Shown one piece after another: positions 43,498 to 56,092 of a stretch of DNA of 64,000 bases. The translations under genes were made by a program, and so were the position numbers. Source of the DNA: Octopus vulgaris. Taxonomy: Eukaryota. The DNA lies in the NCBI GenBank assembly GCA_951406725.2, contig OX597830.1:72416001-72480000 (forward strand). The letters run 5' to 3'. A model generated the notes under the pieces. It was not told where the DNA came from. It saw only the letters and a program-made list of their open reading frames with translations, and did no database searches. Each line of letters starts with the position of its first letter. The stretch's first letter is position 1.

Positions 43498-44689
43498 GGG
43501 CCTTGATTATCTAGGCATTTATGAAGATTTTCTTTCTCTCTACTTTGCTCATATTAAACGCAGAGTTTTCCATAATGTCCTTAATCACGTATAACACGTG
43601 GTGTAAGCGATTTACTGTCTATCGTCGAGTTTATTGTTCTGTAATAGTTTAACTTTATTATTTTTATTTTGTGTGTTATGGCTCATTTTATGTAATTCTA
43701 TCTACTGAAAATAATGAATGTTTTTTTTTCTGAATATTCTAATTTCCCTTATTTAGGTTTAAATTTCGCATTGTTGTGATTACGGAATTTGATTGGAACC
43801 CTTAATTAAATCTAATAGGTTGGTTTCATACAGTTGTAGACACTTAATTCTCGCAAGATAGTTTCTTATTTTCATACCACCGGTGTCTGATGATGAATCA
43901 TATAAATGTGTGTCAAAAAACTCATCGATCAAGCAAGAATCTTCTTGTGTAAGTTTTTCTAGAGTGAAATTTACAACCCCGCTTAAGGTCCCAACAGTAA
44001 TTTAGCATCGATGTTTATAACCTCGTGAAATAATTGTTGTTTCTCACTGAAATTACCAAGCGTTTTTTTTCTGTTTTTTCTATCTTTTTTTTTTTTTTGG
44101 TGGGGGCGGTGAGTGATGTATGTGTCTGCAGATGCAACGATTACAGCCAAGATTTTCTTATTAAATTTGGTCCTCTAGTAATTGACAGTTGATTGCTGAC
44201 GTGGTTGCCAAGAAATGTGCTGTCCACAAAGTCTATGAGATGCGGATATTTTAGTATGAAACTTCTCTCAAGTGTTGAACATAAAAACCTCTGCTTTATG
44301 TTTTCTACCCTCCTGTCAATGAATTTTCTGCATATCCAACCAAAACAGAGACCCTTTGAAGGAGTTTCTAAATTGCTTGAGAAAGCTAATGTGAAAATGT
44401 CACGACGACATTTTACTATTTTAATCAAAGATTTATTTACAACAATTGTTCGCCAGCATTTTTATTACTTCTCTCAAAGGTCACTGTATACTTATAGAGT
44501 AGTCATAGTTAGATGTAATGTCCAAATGACATAAACATCATTTCATGTATTCTCTTCGCTGGCCAAAGTTAAAATTCTCCATTTTTTAGCTTTACACAAA
44601 ACATCAACTAAGTATCTTGATGCACAATTTTCCCAAAGCTAGAATGTCATACACCTCTTTCATACGAATATAGTAAATAAATATAAATG

Positions 44690-45141
44690 CGCCCTTTTAA
44701 AACCTAGCCAGGCTCATGGGCCCGGTTACCAACATGGATGGGACGCCAGTCCTTCGCAGCGTTACTCATTTTTGCCAGCTGAGTGGACTGGAGCAACGTG
44801 AAATGAAGTGTTTTGCTCAAGAACACAACGCGTTACCCGGTCCAGATATCTTACGATCATGATGCTGACACCCTAACCATTAAGCCACGCGCCTCCACTA
44901 AATAAATGCGCCCTTTTTGAAGCCTAAACAGGCTCATGGGCCCGGTTTCCCGGTTTCAATGGTGTATGTGTTCCCCAGCTGGACATCGCAGTGTTACTCA
45001 TTTTTGCTAGCTGAGTACATTGGAGCAACGTGAAATGAAGTGTCTTGCTCAAGAACACAACGCGTCGCCCGGTCCAGGAATCGAAACCACAATCTTACGA
45101 TCACGATAGTGACACTCTAACCACTAAGCCACGCGCTTCCA
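44690..45141 (-). mobile_element. Two tandem tRNA-derived SINE copies
   Basis: Repeated aaatgcgccctttt...ggctcatgggcccggtt...ggagcaacgtgaaatgaagtgt...gctcaagaacacaacgcgt...taagccacgcgc-tccac. Confidence 0.85.
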
Positions 45142-45195
45142 CATATACGAATATAATAACCAAATAGTATTTTAGCAATACTGACTCGTGATAGG

Positions 45196-45367
<172 letters not shown>

Positions 45368-45521
45368 GAAATAAATATAAGAGAGTGGTCACTATATGGC
45401 TCACTCTAGTACCAGTTAATCCAAAAGGTTTCAACCACGAAAATACATGTTTCCCATGAAAGTCAGTACGATTGTTAGCTCACATGGACAGGGCAAATAA
45501 AAAATAACAAAATACAGATTA

Positions 45522-45604
45522 TTTTGGGACAATTGTTTCGCTATTAATGAATTAAATGTAATTTTACTTACAAAAAAAATCCATTTGTAGCTCGTCAGCC
45601 AAAA
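45522..45604 (-). ncRNA. Canonical type I hammerhead ribozyme, copy 1
   Basis: Reverse complement UUUUGG-CUGACGA-GCUA...UAGC-GAAA-CAAUUG-UC-CCAAAA. Confidence 0.88.
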
Positions 45605-46056
45605 CTATCTGGATGAAATCCACTCAATCACACGCCAGATTTTACCATAACGATAAATACGTGTGTGGTTCAATTGATTACATCCGACGTTATAATTCAA
45701 ATGCCCCAACTAACAGCGCGCCAAACTTTCACGGAAAACAAATACAGCATTTAGAAATAAATGCAGCATAATTATAATTAATTAATAAGGGTGAGAGAAT
45801 TAGATACTAATTTAATAGTATGTCTATTCAACACCAAGTGGCCTAGTGCTATGAGAAACCTGGATTATTATAATATTTTATAACATATTATAATATTTTT
45901 ACAAAATAAATATAAGAGAGTGGTCACTATATGGCTCACTCTAGCACCAGTTAATCCAAAAGGTTTCAACCACGAAAATACATGTTTCCCATGAAAGTCA
46001 GTACGATTGTTAGCTCACACGGACAGGGCAAATAAAAAATAACAAAATACAGATTA

Positions 46057-46139
46057 TTTTGGGACAATTGTTTCGCTATTAATGAATTAAATGTAATTTT
46101 ACTTACAAAAAAAATCCATTTGTAGCTCGTCAGCCAAAA
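46057..46139 (-). ncRNA. Canonical type I hammerhead ribozyme, copy 2
   Basis: Identical to copy 1, offset by 535 bp. Confidence 0.88.
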
Positions 46140-46849
46140 CTATCTGGATGAAATCCACTCAATCACACGCCAGATTTTACCATAACGATAAATACGTGTG
46201 TGGTTCAATTGATTACATCCGACGTTATAATTCAAATGCCCCAACTAACAGCGCGCCAAACTTTCACGGAAAACAAATACAGCATTTAGAAATAAATGCA
46301 GCATAATTATAATTAATTAATAAGGGTGAGAGAATTAGATACTAATTTAATAGTATGTCTATTCAACACCAAGTGGCCTAGTGCTATGAGAAACCTGGAT
46401 TATTATAATATTTTATAACATATTATAATATTTTTACAAAATAAATATAAGAGAGTGGTCACTATATGGCTCACTCTAGCACCAGTTAATCCAAAAGGTT
46501 TCAACCACGAAAATACATGTTTCCCATGAAAGTCAGTACGATTGTTAGCTCACACGGACAGGGCAAATAAAAAATAACAAAATACAGATTATTTTGGGAC
46601 AATTGTTTCGCTATTAATGAATTAAATGTAATTTTACTTACAAAAAAAATCTAATTCTCTCACCCTTATTAATTAATTATAATTATGCTGCATTTATTTC
46701 TAAATGCTGTATTTGTTTTCCGTGAAAGTTTGGCGCGCTGTTAGTTGGGGCATTTGAATTATAACGTCGGATGTAATCAATTGAACCACACACGTATTTA
46801 TCGTTATGGTAAAATCTGGCGTGTGATTGAGTGGATTTCATCCAGATAG

Positions 46850-46932
46850 TTTTGGCTGACGAGCTACAAATGGATTTTTTTTGTAAGTAAAATTACATTT
46901 AATTCATTAATAGCGAAACAATTGTCCCAAAA
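46850..46932 (+). ncRNA. Canonical type I hammerhead ribozyme, copy 3; predicted cleavage after C46926
   Basis: Stem I UUUUGG/CCAAAA, CUGACGA (46856-46862), stem II GCUA/UAGC, GAAA (46915-46918), palindrome ACAAUUGU, GUC triplet. Confidence 0.9.
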
Positions 46933-47384
46933 TAATCTGTATTTTGTTATTTTTTATTTGCCCTGTCCGTGTGAGCTAACAATCGTACTGACTTTCATGG
47001 GAAACATGTATTTTCGTGGTTGAAACCTTTTGGATTAACTGGTGCTAGAGTGAGCCATATAGTGACCACTCTCCTATATTTATTTTGTAAAAATATTATA
47101 ATATGTTATAAAATATTATAATAATCCAGGTTTCTCATAGCACTAGGCCACTTGGTGTTGAATAGACATACTATTAAATTAGTATCTAATTCTCTCACCC
47201 TTATTAATTAATTATAATTATGCTGCATTTATTTCTAAATGCTGTATTTGTTTTCCGTGAAAGTTTGGCGCGCTGTTAGTTGGGGCATTTGAATTATAAC
47301 GTCGGATGTAATCAATTGAACCACACACATATTTATCGTTATGGTAAAATCTGGCGTGTGATTGAGTGGATTTCATCCAGATAG

Positions 47385-47467
47385 TTTTGGCTGACGAGCT
47401 ACAAATGGATTTTTTTTGTAAGTAAAATTACATTTAATTCATTAATAGCGAAACAATTGTCCCAAAA
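47385..47467 (+). ncRNA. Canonical type I hammerhead ribozyme, copy 4; predicted cleavage after C47461
   Basis: Identical to copy 3, offset by 535 bp. Confidence 0.9.
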
Positions 47468-47769
47468 TAATCTGTATTTTGTTATTTTTTATTTGCCCTG
47501 TCCGTGTGAGCTAACAATCGTACTGACTTTCATGGGAAACATGTATTTTCGTGGTTGAAACCTTTTGGATTAACTGGTGCTAGAGTGAGCCATATAGTGA
47601 CCACTCTCTTATATTTATTTTGTAAAAATATTATAATATGTTATAAAATATTATAATAATCCAGGTTTCTCATAGCACTAGGCCACTTGGTGTTGAATAG
47701 ACATACTATTAAATTAGTATCTAATTCTCTCACCCTTATTAATTAATTATATATATATATATATATATA

Positions 47770-48200
47770 AGCTCCACGTGAAACTACCATATTTTCCGGT
47801 ATACAAGTCGAAATTTTCGGACCAAATTTGATAGCCATAAGATCCGGGTCGAGTTACATGCCAAAGCAACTTTGATGTACCAAAATTTCTATGTAAAATG
47901 AGGCAGAATTTTGATAGTGACCTGTATTCGAATGCTGACACTACATACATGTCAGCTTGGAGATTGGAAAATATGGCCTTTATGAAATATCGCTATTTTC
48001 TTACAATGTATTTTGATAAACTTATATATCTGAGATTTGTGATATCACCGCAGAACATCAGACTTTTGTTCCCAGAGATTAGAAAACCTTTGCATCTTCA
48101 ACATTGATCCCAAATGATGTAAATTGCTTTCCTGTATTCTAGAAGCTACAGATTCTCGTTTGGAGGAGTTCAGATTTCTTGTGAGTGTAATTAATTGATG
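47770..48200 (-). pseudogene. Decayed Penelope-like RT N-terminal region (tentative)
   Basis: SQIYKFIKIHCKKIAIF...PADM...VSAFEYRSLSKFCLIL resembles the PLE FYGLPKIHK...RPIV...LS-F region. Confidence 0.35.
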
Positions 48201-48220
48201 TCAAATTAGACGTTCAGAGT

Positions 48221-48270
<50 letters not shown>

Positions 48271-48302
48271 TGCGTGCTATGTATGCATATTTACCTACAT
48301 GT

Positions 48303-48682
48303 GGAGGCGCAATGGCCCAGTGGTTAGGGCAGCGGACTCGCGGTCGTAGGATCGCGGTTTCGATTCCCAGACCGGGCGTTGTGAGTGTTTATTGAGCGAA
48401 AACACCTAAAGCTCCACGAGGCTCCGGCAGGGTGGTGGTGATCCCTGCTGTACTCTTTCACCACAACTTTCTCTCACTCTTACTTCCTGTTTCTGTTGTA
48501 CATGTATTTCAAAGGGCCGGTCTTGTCACTCTCTGTGTCACGCTGAATATACCCGAGAACTACGTTAAGGGTACACGTGTCTGTGGAGTGCTCAGGCACT
48601 TACACGTTAATTTCACGAGCAGGCTGTTCCGTTGATCGGATCAACCGGAACCCTCGTCGTCGTAACCGACGGAGTGCTTCCA
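48303..48682 (+). mobile_element. SINE family B, long form
   Basis: Intact tRNA-like head ggaggcgcaatggcccagtggttagggcagcggactcgcggtcgtaggatcgcggtttcgattccc. Confidence 0.88.
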
Positions 48683-49007
48683 TCCATTACCTACATGCAC
48701 GCATAAATATATTTATAGATACACAACCGAACACAATTATCAAAAACAGTAGTAATAGACTGCATAAGAAACGACGTATAAAGAATTAGTTTAAAAAATA
48801 AACAAATATGAGAGATGAGTGATAGAAATACCTTCTTCTTTTGATATTCACAAATTAATATGCAATAGGCAGTTCTGTGTTATTTCTTATACAATATTTT
48901 AACGTCCAACTCACCGTGTCGGGCCATATTTATATATCTTGTGATTGTCGAATAAGGATTTTGTGTGCGCACATGGAATATATATGCATATAAGGGATAT
49001 TTATCCA

Positions 49008-49168
49008 CAGGAGTGGCTGTGTTGTAAGTAGCTTGCTTACCAAACACATGGTTCCGTGTTCATTCCCACTGTATGGTACCTTGGGCAAGCGTCTTATACT
49101 ATAGCCTCGGGCCGACCAAGGCCTTGTGAGTGGATTTGGTAGACGGAAACTGAAAGAAGCCTGTCGTA

Positions 49169-49206
<38 letters not shown>

Positions 49207-49458
49207 TTGTGAAATAGAAAGATGAATAATCTTGTTGCAGATTAATCAAAAGTTTAACCGATACCTTGGTAGCAAAAATCACAGCAGAAGACAGCACGGT
49301 TGGAGGTACAACCATATGGTGTTGCAACCGTGCGTTGGTGCGGATAATTGAATTTTAATATTATTAGTGAATTGAAGAAATGGAGTTGAACGAAGATTGA
49401 ACAGAAATCGTTTTATTGCATTCTACACGTGTTTCGAAAGGCACAATTTACCAAATTC

Positions 49459-49506
<48 letters not shown>

Positions 49507-49750
49507 GTGTGTGTGTGTGTGTGTGTGTGTTGTATGTATGTGTGTGTGTGTTTATGTGTCTGTGTTTGACCCCCAACATCGCTTGACAACTGATGCTGGT
49601 GTGTTTACGTCCCCGTAAATGAGACCGATACAATAAGTACTAGGCTTACAAAGAATAAGTCCTGGGGTCGATTTGCTCGACTAAAGGCGGTGCTCCAGTA
49701 TGGCCGCAGTCAAATGATTGAAACGAGTAAAAGAATAAAAGAGTAAAAGA
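49008..49750 (+). mobile_element. SINE family A, split by a ~260-bp insert (49203-49460) within its internal (TA)n
   Basis: 5' half at 49008-49170 and 3' half at ~49500-49750 are collinear with 38989-39402. Confidence 0.85.
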
Positions 49751-49834
49751 ACGTAAGAAATTTGTTTGACTTCCATATCATAAATCGAAGTCAAACTGAA
49801 CTAAAATCGCGATGTCACCATCATAACCGGTTTC

Positions 49835-50035
49835 ACTCTTCTTTTTCTTCTTCTTCTTCTTCTTCTTCTTCTTCTTCTTCTTCTTCTTCTTCTTCTTCTT
49901 CTTCTTCTTCTCCTTCTTCTTCTCCTTCTTCTTCTTCTTCTTCTTCTTCTTCTTCTTCTTCTTCTTCTTCTTCTTCTTCTCCTTCTCCTTCTTCTTCTTC
50001 TTCTTCTTCTTCTTCTTCTTCTTCTTCTTCTCCTT

Positions 50036-50134
<99 letters not shown>

Positions 50135-50630
50135 AAAGTAAATCCTTTTCCTCTGTTTCATTTCTTCTACATTCCTCGTTCATCTTTCCGTTGTGTGTTT
50201 TTCTTTCCTTGATCCACTTCGCCCTTCTTCTCCCCCTCTTCTTCTCTTCTCTTCTCTTACCCATCCGCCTTCTAATCATATCAATCACTCTTCTTCTACC
50301 TCTTCCATTTGTCGGCCCCCTCTTTCTCTTTTGGCACTTCTCTTTCTTCTTCCTCCTCTTTCTCACTCTTCTCTTTTTACACACCTTTCCTTCTCCTTCT
50401 CCTCCTCCCTCCATCTCCTTCACCTTGTTATTGTTGTTACTGTTCTTTTCTACGTTCCTTTCTTCTTCTTTTCCCTCCTCCTCCTCCTCCTCCTCCTCCT
50501 CCTTCTTCTCCCTTCCTCCTCCTCCTCCTCCTCCTCCTTCTTCTTCTTCTTCTTCTTCTTCTTCTACTACTGCTTCTTCCTTTTCTTCTACGTCTTCTTC
50601 GTTTTCTATTTCCACTTCCTCATCTCCTCC
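49835..50630. repeat. Compound (TTC)n(ACT)n(GCT)n(TCC)n low-complexity, mostly polypyrimidine tract
   Basis: Read directly. Confidence 0.95.
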
Positions 50631-51888
50631 AACCTTATTGTCTTTGTATGCATTTCGGGTGCGATATTGAAAATTTTTGAGATAGAATTTAAAATGCAAA
50701 CAAACAGAAAGAAAGAAAAATAAAATGGATTGAATATTGTGAAACCGGAAGAGAAAGCCGATTCCGACAAGAAATGAACTGTCATCACTCAATATAATTT
50801 ATAGATAAATTTCTCATTTATTTATAGAAATTTGTTATTTTTGTTCAATACCGTGTTTCTGAGATTCTAAACTTCGGTGGTTAAATCTTCTTAAAAACAA
50901 ATACGCACAGACACACATAATCATAGAAACAAATATAGATGCACATACACACACATACGCACACGCACATAGACACGCAAACACACACACATACACAAGG
51001 GTTACACATCCACTACACGTACACGTATATACACGGTCGGTGTATGTATATATTAAGATATAAACATGTGCGTGCACGTTAATTGATTTATACACCGAAA
51101 TATATAATCGCATATATGTATAGACGTATGCATATACATACGTATATGGACATATATATATGTGTGTGTGTGTGCATAAATACAGATATACATATATATA
51201 CACACGCACACAACACACACACATTTATATATATATATATATACATATACATTCATATATATGTATATATACATATACATATATATGTATATGTATATAT
51301 ATGACATAAATATGTATACATATATATGACATATATATGTATATATATATATACATATATATGAATATATATATGTATATATATATACATATATATGTAT
51401 ATATATATATATGACATATATATAGATATTGATACATAGTTCTAGCAATGTGCGATTAATTTTTAATTAAAATAGAATTAAGAATACACCTTGGGATATC
51501 TCATTACATTTTTGATTTTTTTTTTATCATCATTAAGAGATTTATTGACGTATGGCAAACAGGCAGACAAGCTAAGTTGCAGAAATCTAACTCGCCCGAT
51601 GACATGAGCAATGTGTGTTTAGTTAAAGACACTGCTGCATACAAAGAGAGACAGTCAATTGTGTATATAGTTAAATTTAGAACTGCACAGAGGGTGGAAA
51701 AAAGATGGTGCATGTTTAAAATTGCTGACACACCCACACACACACACACACGGAACAACACAGATAGACGGATGCAGTTCTATGGATGGAGAAGAAAAGG
51801 CACGTGTATATGTATGTCTTTTTTATATGTTGTGTACCTCTTGCTTATATAACGATATACGGTATGCAGATATACATAAAAGAATGTA

Positions 51889-51979
<91 letters not shown>

Positions 51980-51981
<2 letters not shown>

Positions 51982-52150
51982 AGAGTTTGCCAAAAAAACA
52001 AAAGACGAGGACAGGTGGTGTACAAAACAAACAGATGTATTAGTATAACGCTCAGGAATAGAAAAAGTCTTTTACGTTTCGTGCCTACGCTCTTCTACAG
52101 AAAGGGACACAGAAAAAACAAGGAGAGAAAAAAATGTGTGTAGTGGCTAC
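51980..52150 (-). mobile_element. Small-HHR module, subfamily 2 (HHR 52069-52104)
   Basis: Reverse complement of 23860-24060; CUUU-CUGUAGA-A-GAGCGUAGGCAC-GAAA-CG-UA-AAAG. Confidence 0.7.
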
Positions 52151-52489
52151 CCTTTTTTTAAGGTGTTGATGTCGTGGTGTATTGCAAGGATTTTTCATCA
52201 AGAGTAGAGTCCACAGTGATCCGTAAGTAGGAGAGGTGCAACCGGAGGGTAAATGTCCAAAAGAGAATCCGTAAAGAGTAGATAGAAAGTCCATTGGAGA
52301 AGTTCGTGTGTGATAAGAAATGACAGGATCAACTGGTTCGACCACGTGAGCGTGTGATATATAGGGACAGTTCACGAAACTTTGCATGTCAAATATATAT
52401 TATTATAGTTTTAATTTTTGAAATTTTTATAGCATTTAAACCGCTTTTGTTTATCTTTAAAGGTGACTATGATCAACTCTGACTTTTAA

Positions 52490-52950
52490 TGAACATAACA
52501 ACACCGTAAAAGAAAGCGCAATGTGTATCTTTGTCCAAGGAGAGAAAAATCAAACACTCAGATCCAGCGGAATTACCGTACAATGTAATATGGAAAAGAA
52601 CCAAGAAATCGTCATCTGTGCTTGGTATAAAGAGATTATGAAAACAAGAAGCCCCTTACAGAAAATGGACTGGATGATGGAGAACATCTCTGGAACATGT
52701 TCAGCGAATATCAGCAGCTTTTCACTGCACTCCTACTAAGTTCGTTCCTACCACAGATAGACAATAAAATTCATGAAAGCCGAAAATTCACAAAGTTTTG
52801 CCGAAGAAAATGCGGCTTTATGTTTATTAAGTGAAACTTATACAAACACGGAAGGAAAGAATTTGAGGTGGGCATGTTAGTTCGATTCGGTGAAAGCTTC
52901 CTTCGAAATACTTGTTTCAGTGATGAAGCAACATTTTGTGTACCAAAAAT
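52490..52950 (+). pseudogene. Decayed Tc1/mariner-superfamily transposase (DUF4817-like N-terminus)
   Basis: TP*KKAQCVS, SNTQIQRNYRT, YGKEP, ICAWYKEIMKT, KIHKVLPKKMRLYVY*VKLIQ, FLRNTCFSDEATF. Confidence 0.75.
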
Positions 52951-53408
52951 AATAATTAAGCAGAAAAAACAGGATCTGTATTCGGTGTACTCTTTCATAA
53001 TGTACGTTTGAAACGGTTGAAGCACTGGACTACCTTTACCATCCCTTTAATTTACAGATTAAATTATCGCCTTATGCTTGAACCATTTGAAATGGAGTTT
53101 TATACACCTGTCGTCACATCGTAATCTTCTGTCATATATCGATATCAGACGAACTCTATTTGATGCAGGCATTAATAAATTTAATTCTTTAGTTATCGAG
53201 TTATATGTATTTTCTATGCAAGCCGTGTTTAACATAAAGACTGGGTTTTACAACGATCAGTCGACTGGGACTACTACGTTATATGCGTGATTGTGTTTGT
53301 ACGCATCTATGTATGTATGTACACACACATACATACACACACACATGTGCATGCATGTATGTATGTATGTATGTATGTATGTATGTATTGCTAGCTATCT
53401 ATGTAGAT

Positions 53409-53441
<33 letters not shown>

Positions 53442-53470
53442 CATAGATAGATAGATAGATAGATAGATAA

Positions 53471-53501
<31 letters not shown>

Positions 53502-53953
53502 GATAGATAGATAGATAGAAAGAAAGATAGAGAGAGAGAGATACATACATAGATACATATATGCATAATACCTACGTATATACACAGATAGATTGATATA
53601 ATTAATTATTTGCCGAATTTTTCTGTATTAAGGTATTTCAACATTCGAGACACCAAGCATGGTTCGAGATCGGCACGTCCGGGAATACACCATATAGAAC
53701 TGATTCGTAAAATCTCCGCATCATATTGTAAGAGATGTACTTTATGTTTCCGAATCGATTATTTGCTCTAATCGATTGAGTGCATTATTAATTAATGTCT
53801 AAATAATATACACCCCCAACACACACAATATACATGTGTGTGTGTATGTGTGCATATATATATATATATGTGTGTATATATATATACATATATATATCAT
53901 AATAAATTTACAAAAATAGGCAGATTGTGGAAATAGTAATAAAACGAAGCTAC

Positions 53954-54031
<78 letters not shown>

Positions 54032-54138
54032 ATATGTATGTATGCTTGTATATGTCTGCGTGTTTTTTGTGGTGTGTTTGTATGTATGCCTTCATGCGTA
54101 TGTTCTTGCATGCTCGTGTGCATGCATTTGAACCTGTT

Positions 54139-54181
<43 letters not shown>

Positions 54182-54982
54182 ATATGTACATGTGTGTGTG
54201 TGTGAAGAAAGTGATAGAATGAGGGCGAAATAGGAGGTAGAAAGAGAGTGGGGAGGAGGGGAGCGAGAGAGAGAAAGTAATATTTATGGAGATATAGATA
54301 GGCGCCTAGGCCAAGCGATCACCCTTACCACCAGAACCACAACTAAATTTCAACTATACACACCCTTCCCGTCTTCCTTCAGAAACGAATCAATGAAGCG
54401 AATATATTTTATTGCTTTACTTGACATATCTGATTGATCCAGAAATACAACAGTGATGGAAATTGCAGAGAGAGAGAGTGACACGGAGAGGGAGAGAGAG
54501 GAAGAGTGAAAGTGAGGAGAGATAGACATGGAAGGAAAGATTGAGTGAAGAAAGGAGGATGTGAGAGTGAGGCAGGGAAGCAGTGAATAAGAGTTAGATG
54601 AAAAGAGAGAGAGAGAAGGAGAGAGAAGAGGGAGAGAGATCAGGGGAGAGAATGCAGAGGAGAAAGAGAGTTACTTTTGGCTGGCTTTATAACACAACCA
54701 ATGGATCAACGAGTTTAATTATAAAGTGACAGCCATCAAGGGCGCTTGATAAGAGATGGCTTAATACAGACACACGCACGCAAGCACACATAGACACACA
54801 CACAAACACACACACACAGAGAAGAAAACTAATATAAACACAAGCACATACATAAAGATGCACAATGAACGGGGTGAGAGAATAAGAGAACGAAAGAAAG
54901 AGGGGGGGCACCTTTAAATTTACACACATGTATTTCTATGTATACGTACATATCCATATATATGTGTTTATATATATGGGTA

Positions 54983-55016
<34 letters not shown>

Positions 55017-55029
55017 TATATATATTTGC

Positions 55030-55166
<137 letters not shown>

Positions 55167-56029
55167 TGCATAGTATGCAAAGATACATCATACACACACA
55201 TACATACATACACACACATATATATTATATGAGACTCGATTTTACGTTCGTATGTTTTAGCAGCATATGTGAGTCTTTTTATGTATGAATCGTTATCGAT
55301 TACACAAGAAACATATGCATTAGTGTCATCAATCTCCCGTTTTCTCTATCGTTATTTTACACTATCTGTCGAATATTAGTTCCTTCTCTATGTATTCGTG
55401 GATGTGCGTGGCTTAATGGTTAAGGCATTGCACGCAAGATCGTCTGATTGAGGTTTCGATTTCTGGGCAGGGTAATACGTTGTGTTTTTAAGCAAAGTAT
55501 TTCTTTGCACTTTGCTCTCGTCAACACAGCTGGAAGAAAAGAATAAATAATCAATTCCATTCCCTAATTTTGGAATTCTATTCGCATAAACAGCGACTCA
55601 TTGACATCTTTCTACGTCAATGAACTATTATTGTGCCTGAAAGTTGTTTTTTATACCTTCTACGGACTACTTGAAGCTTACTATCATCCTCCAATTTGCT
55701 CCTTAGATCTTGCCCTTACATATATATACAGTGTGTGTATATGTATCTATGTACATGCACATATATATTATATCTCTGTATGAAACGATCGTCTGCAAGA
55801 ATTAAACTTCTTATAAATTTTAATATCTTCTTTCCTCCAATCTTAAGAAAACTGATGGAATTTATGGAACTTCATTCCATAAATTCATCATACTTTATAT
55901 AAATATACTACTTTCATATCTTCGCAAATTTACGCCGGTAAACTCCCAGCAAAATATGAAGAATCAACATTAGCAATCTTTCTTGGAAACCTCTAATTAA
56001 ATGACGAATCCAGATACTACCATAATGCA

Positions 56030-56092
<63 letters not shown>

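Larger units (their letters stand above)
45369..47750. repeat. Tandem-then-inverted array of a 535-bp HHR-containing unit (retrozyme- or pLTR-like)
   Basis: gagagtggtc recurs at 45381, 45916 and 46451; the inverted-block marker ctaattctct recurs at 46651, 47186 and 47721; only about 4 substitutions seen; (TA)n on both flanks. Confidence 0.95.

Noticed and set aside
43880-44045. CUGAUGA...GAAA motif as another hammerhead
   Set aside because: Stems I and III cannot be formed convincingly; at most a decayed remnant.
44100-44660. Possible piggyBac-like transposase remnant on the minus strand
   Set aside because: Only vague motif resemblance; no catalytic motif or TTAA/TIR ends could be identified by eye.
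45369-47750. CRISPR array or simple satellite reading of the array
   Set aside because: Units are identical over their whole length with no unique spacers, the context is eukaryotic, and the HHR and inversion point to a retro-origin.
49762-50792. Long overlapping ORFs of 302 and 319 aa (poly-S/T and poly-E/V)
   Set aside because: They stay open only because the trinucleotide repeats lack stop codons; no domain-like sequence.
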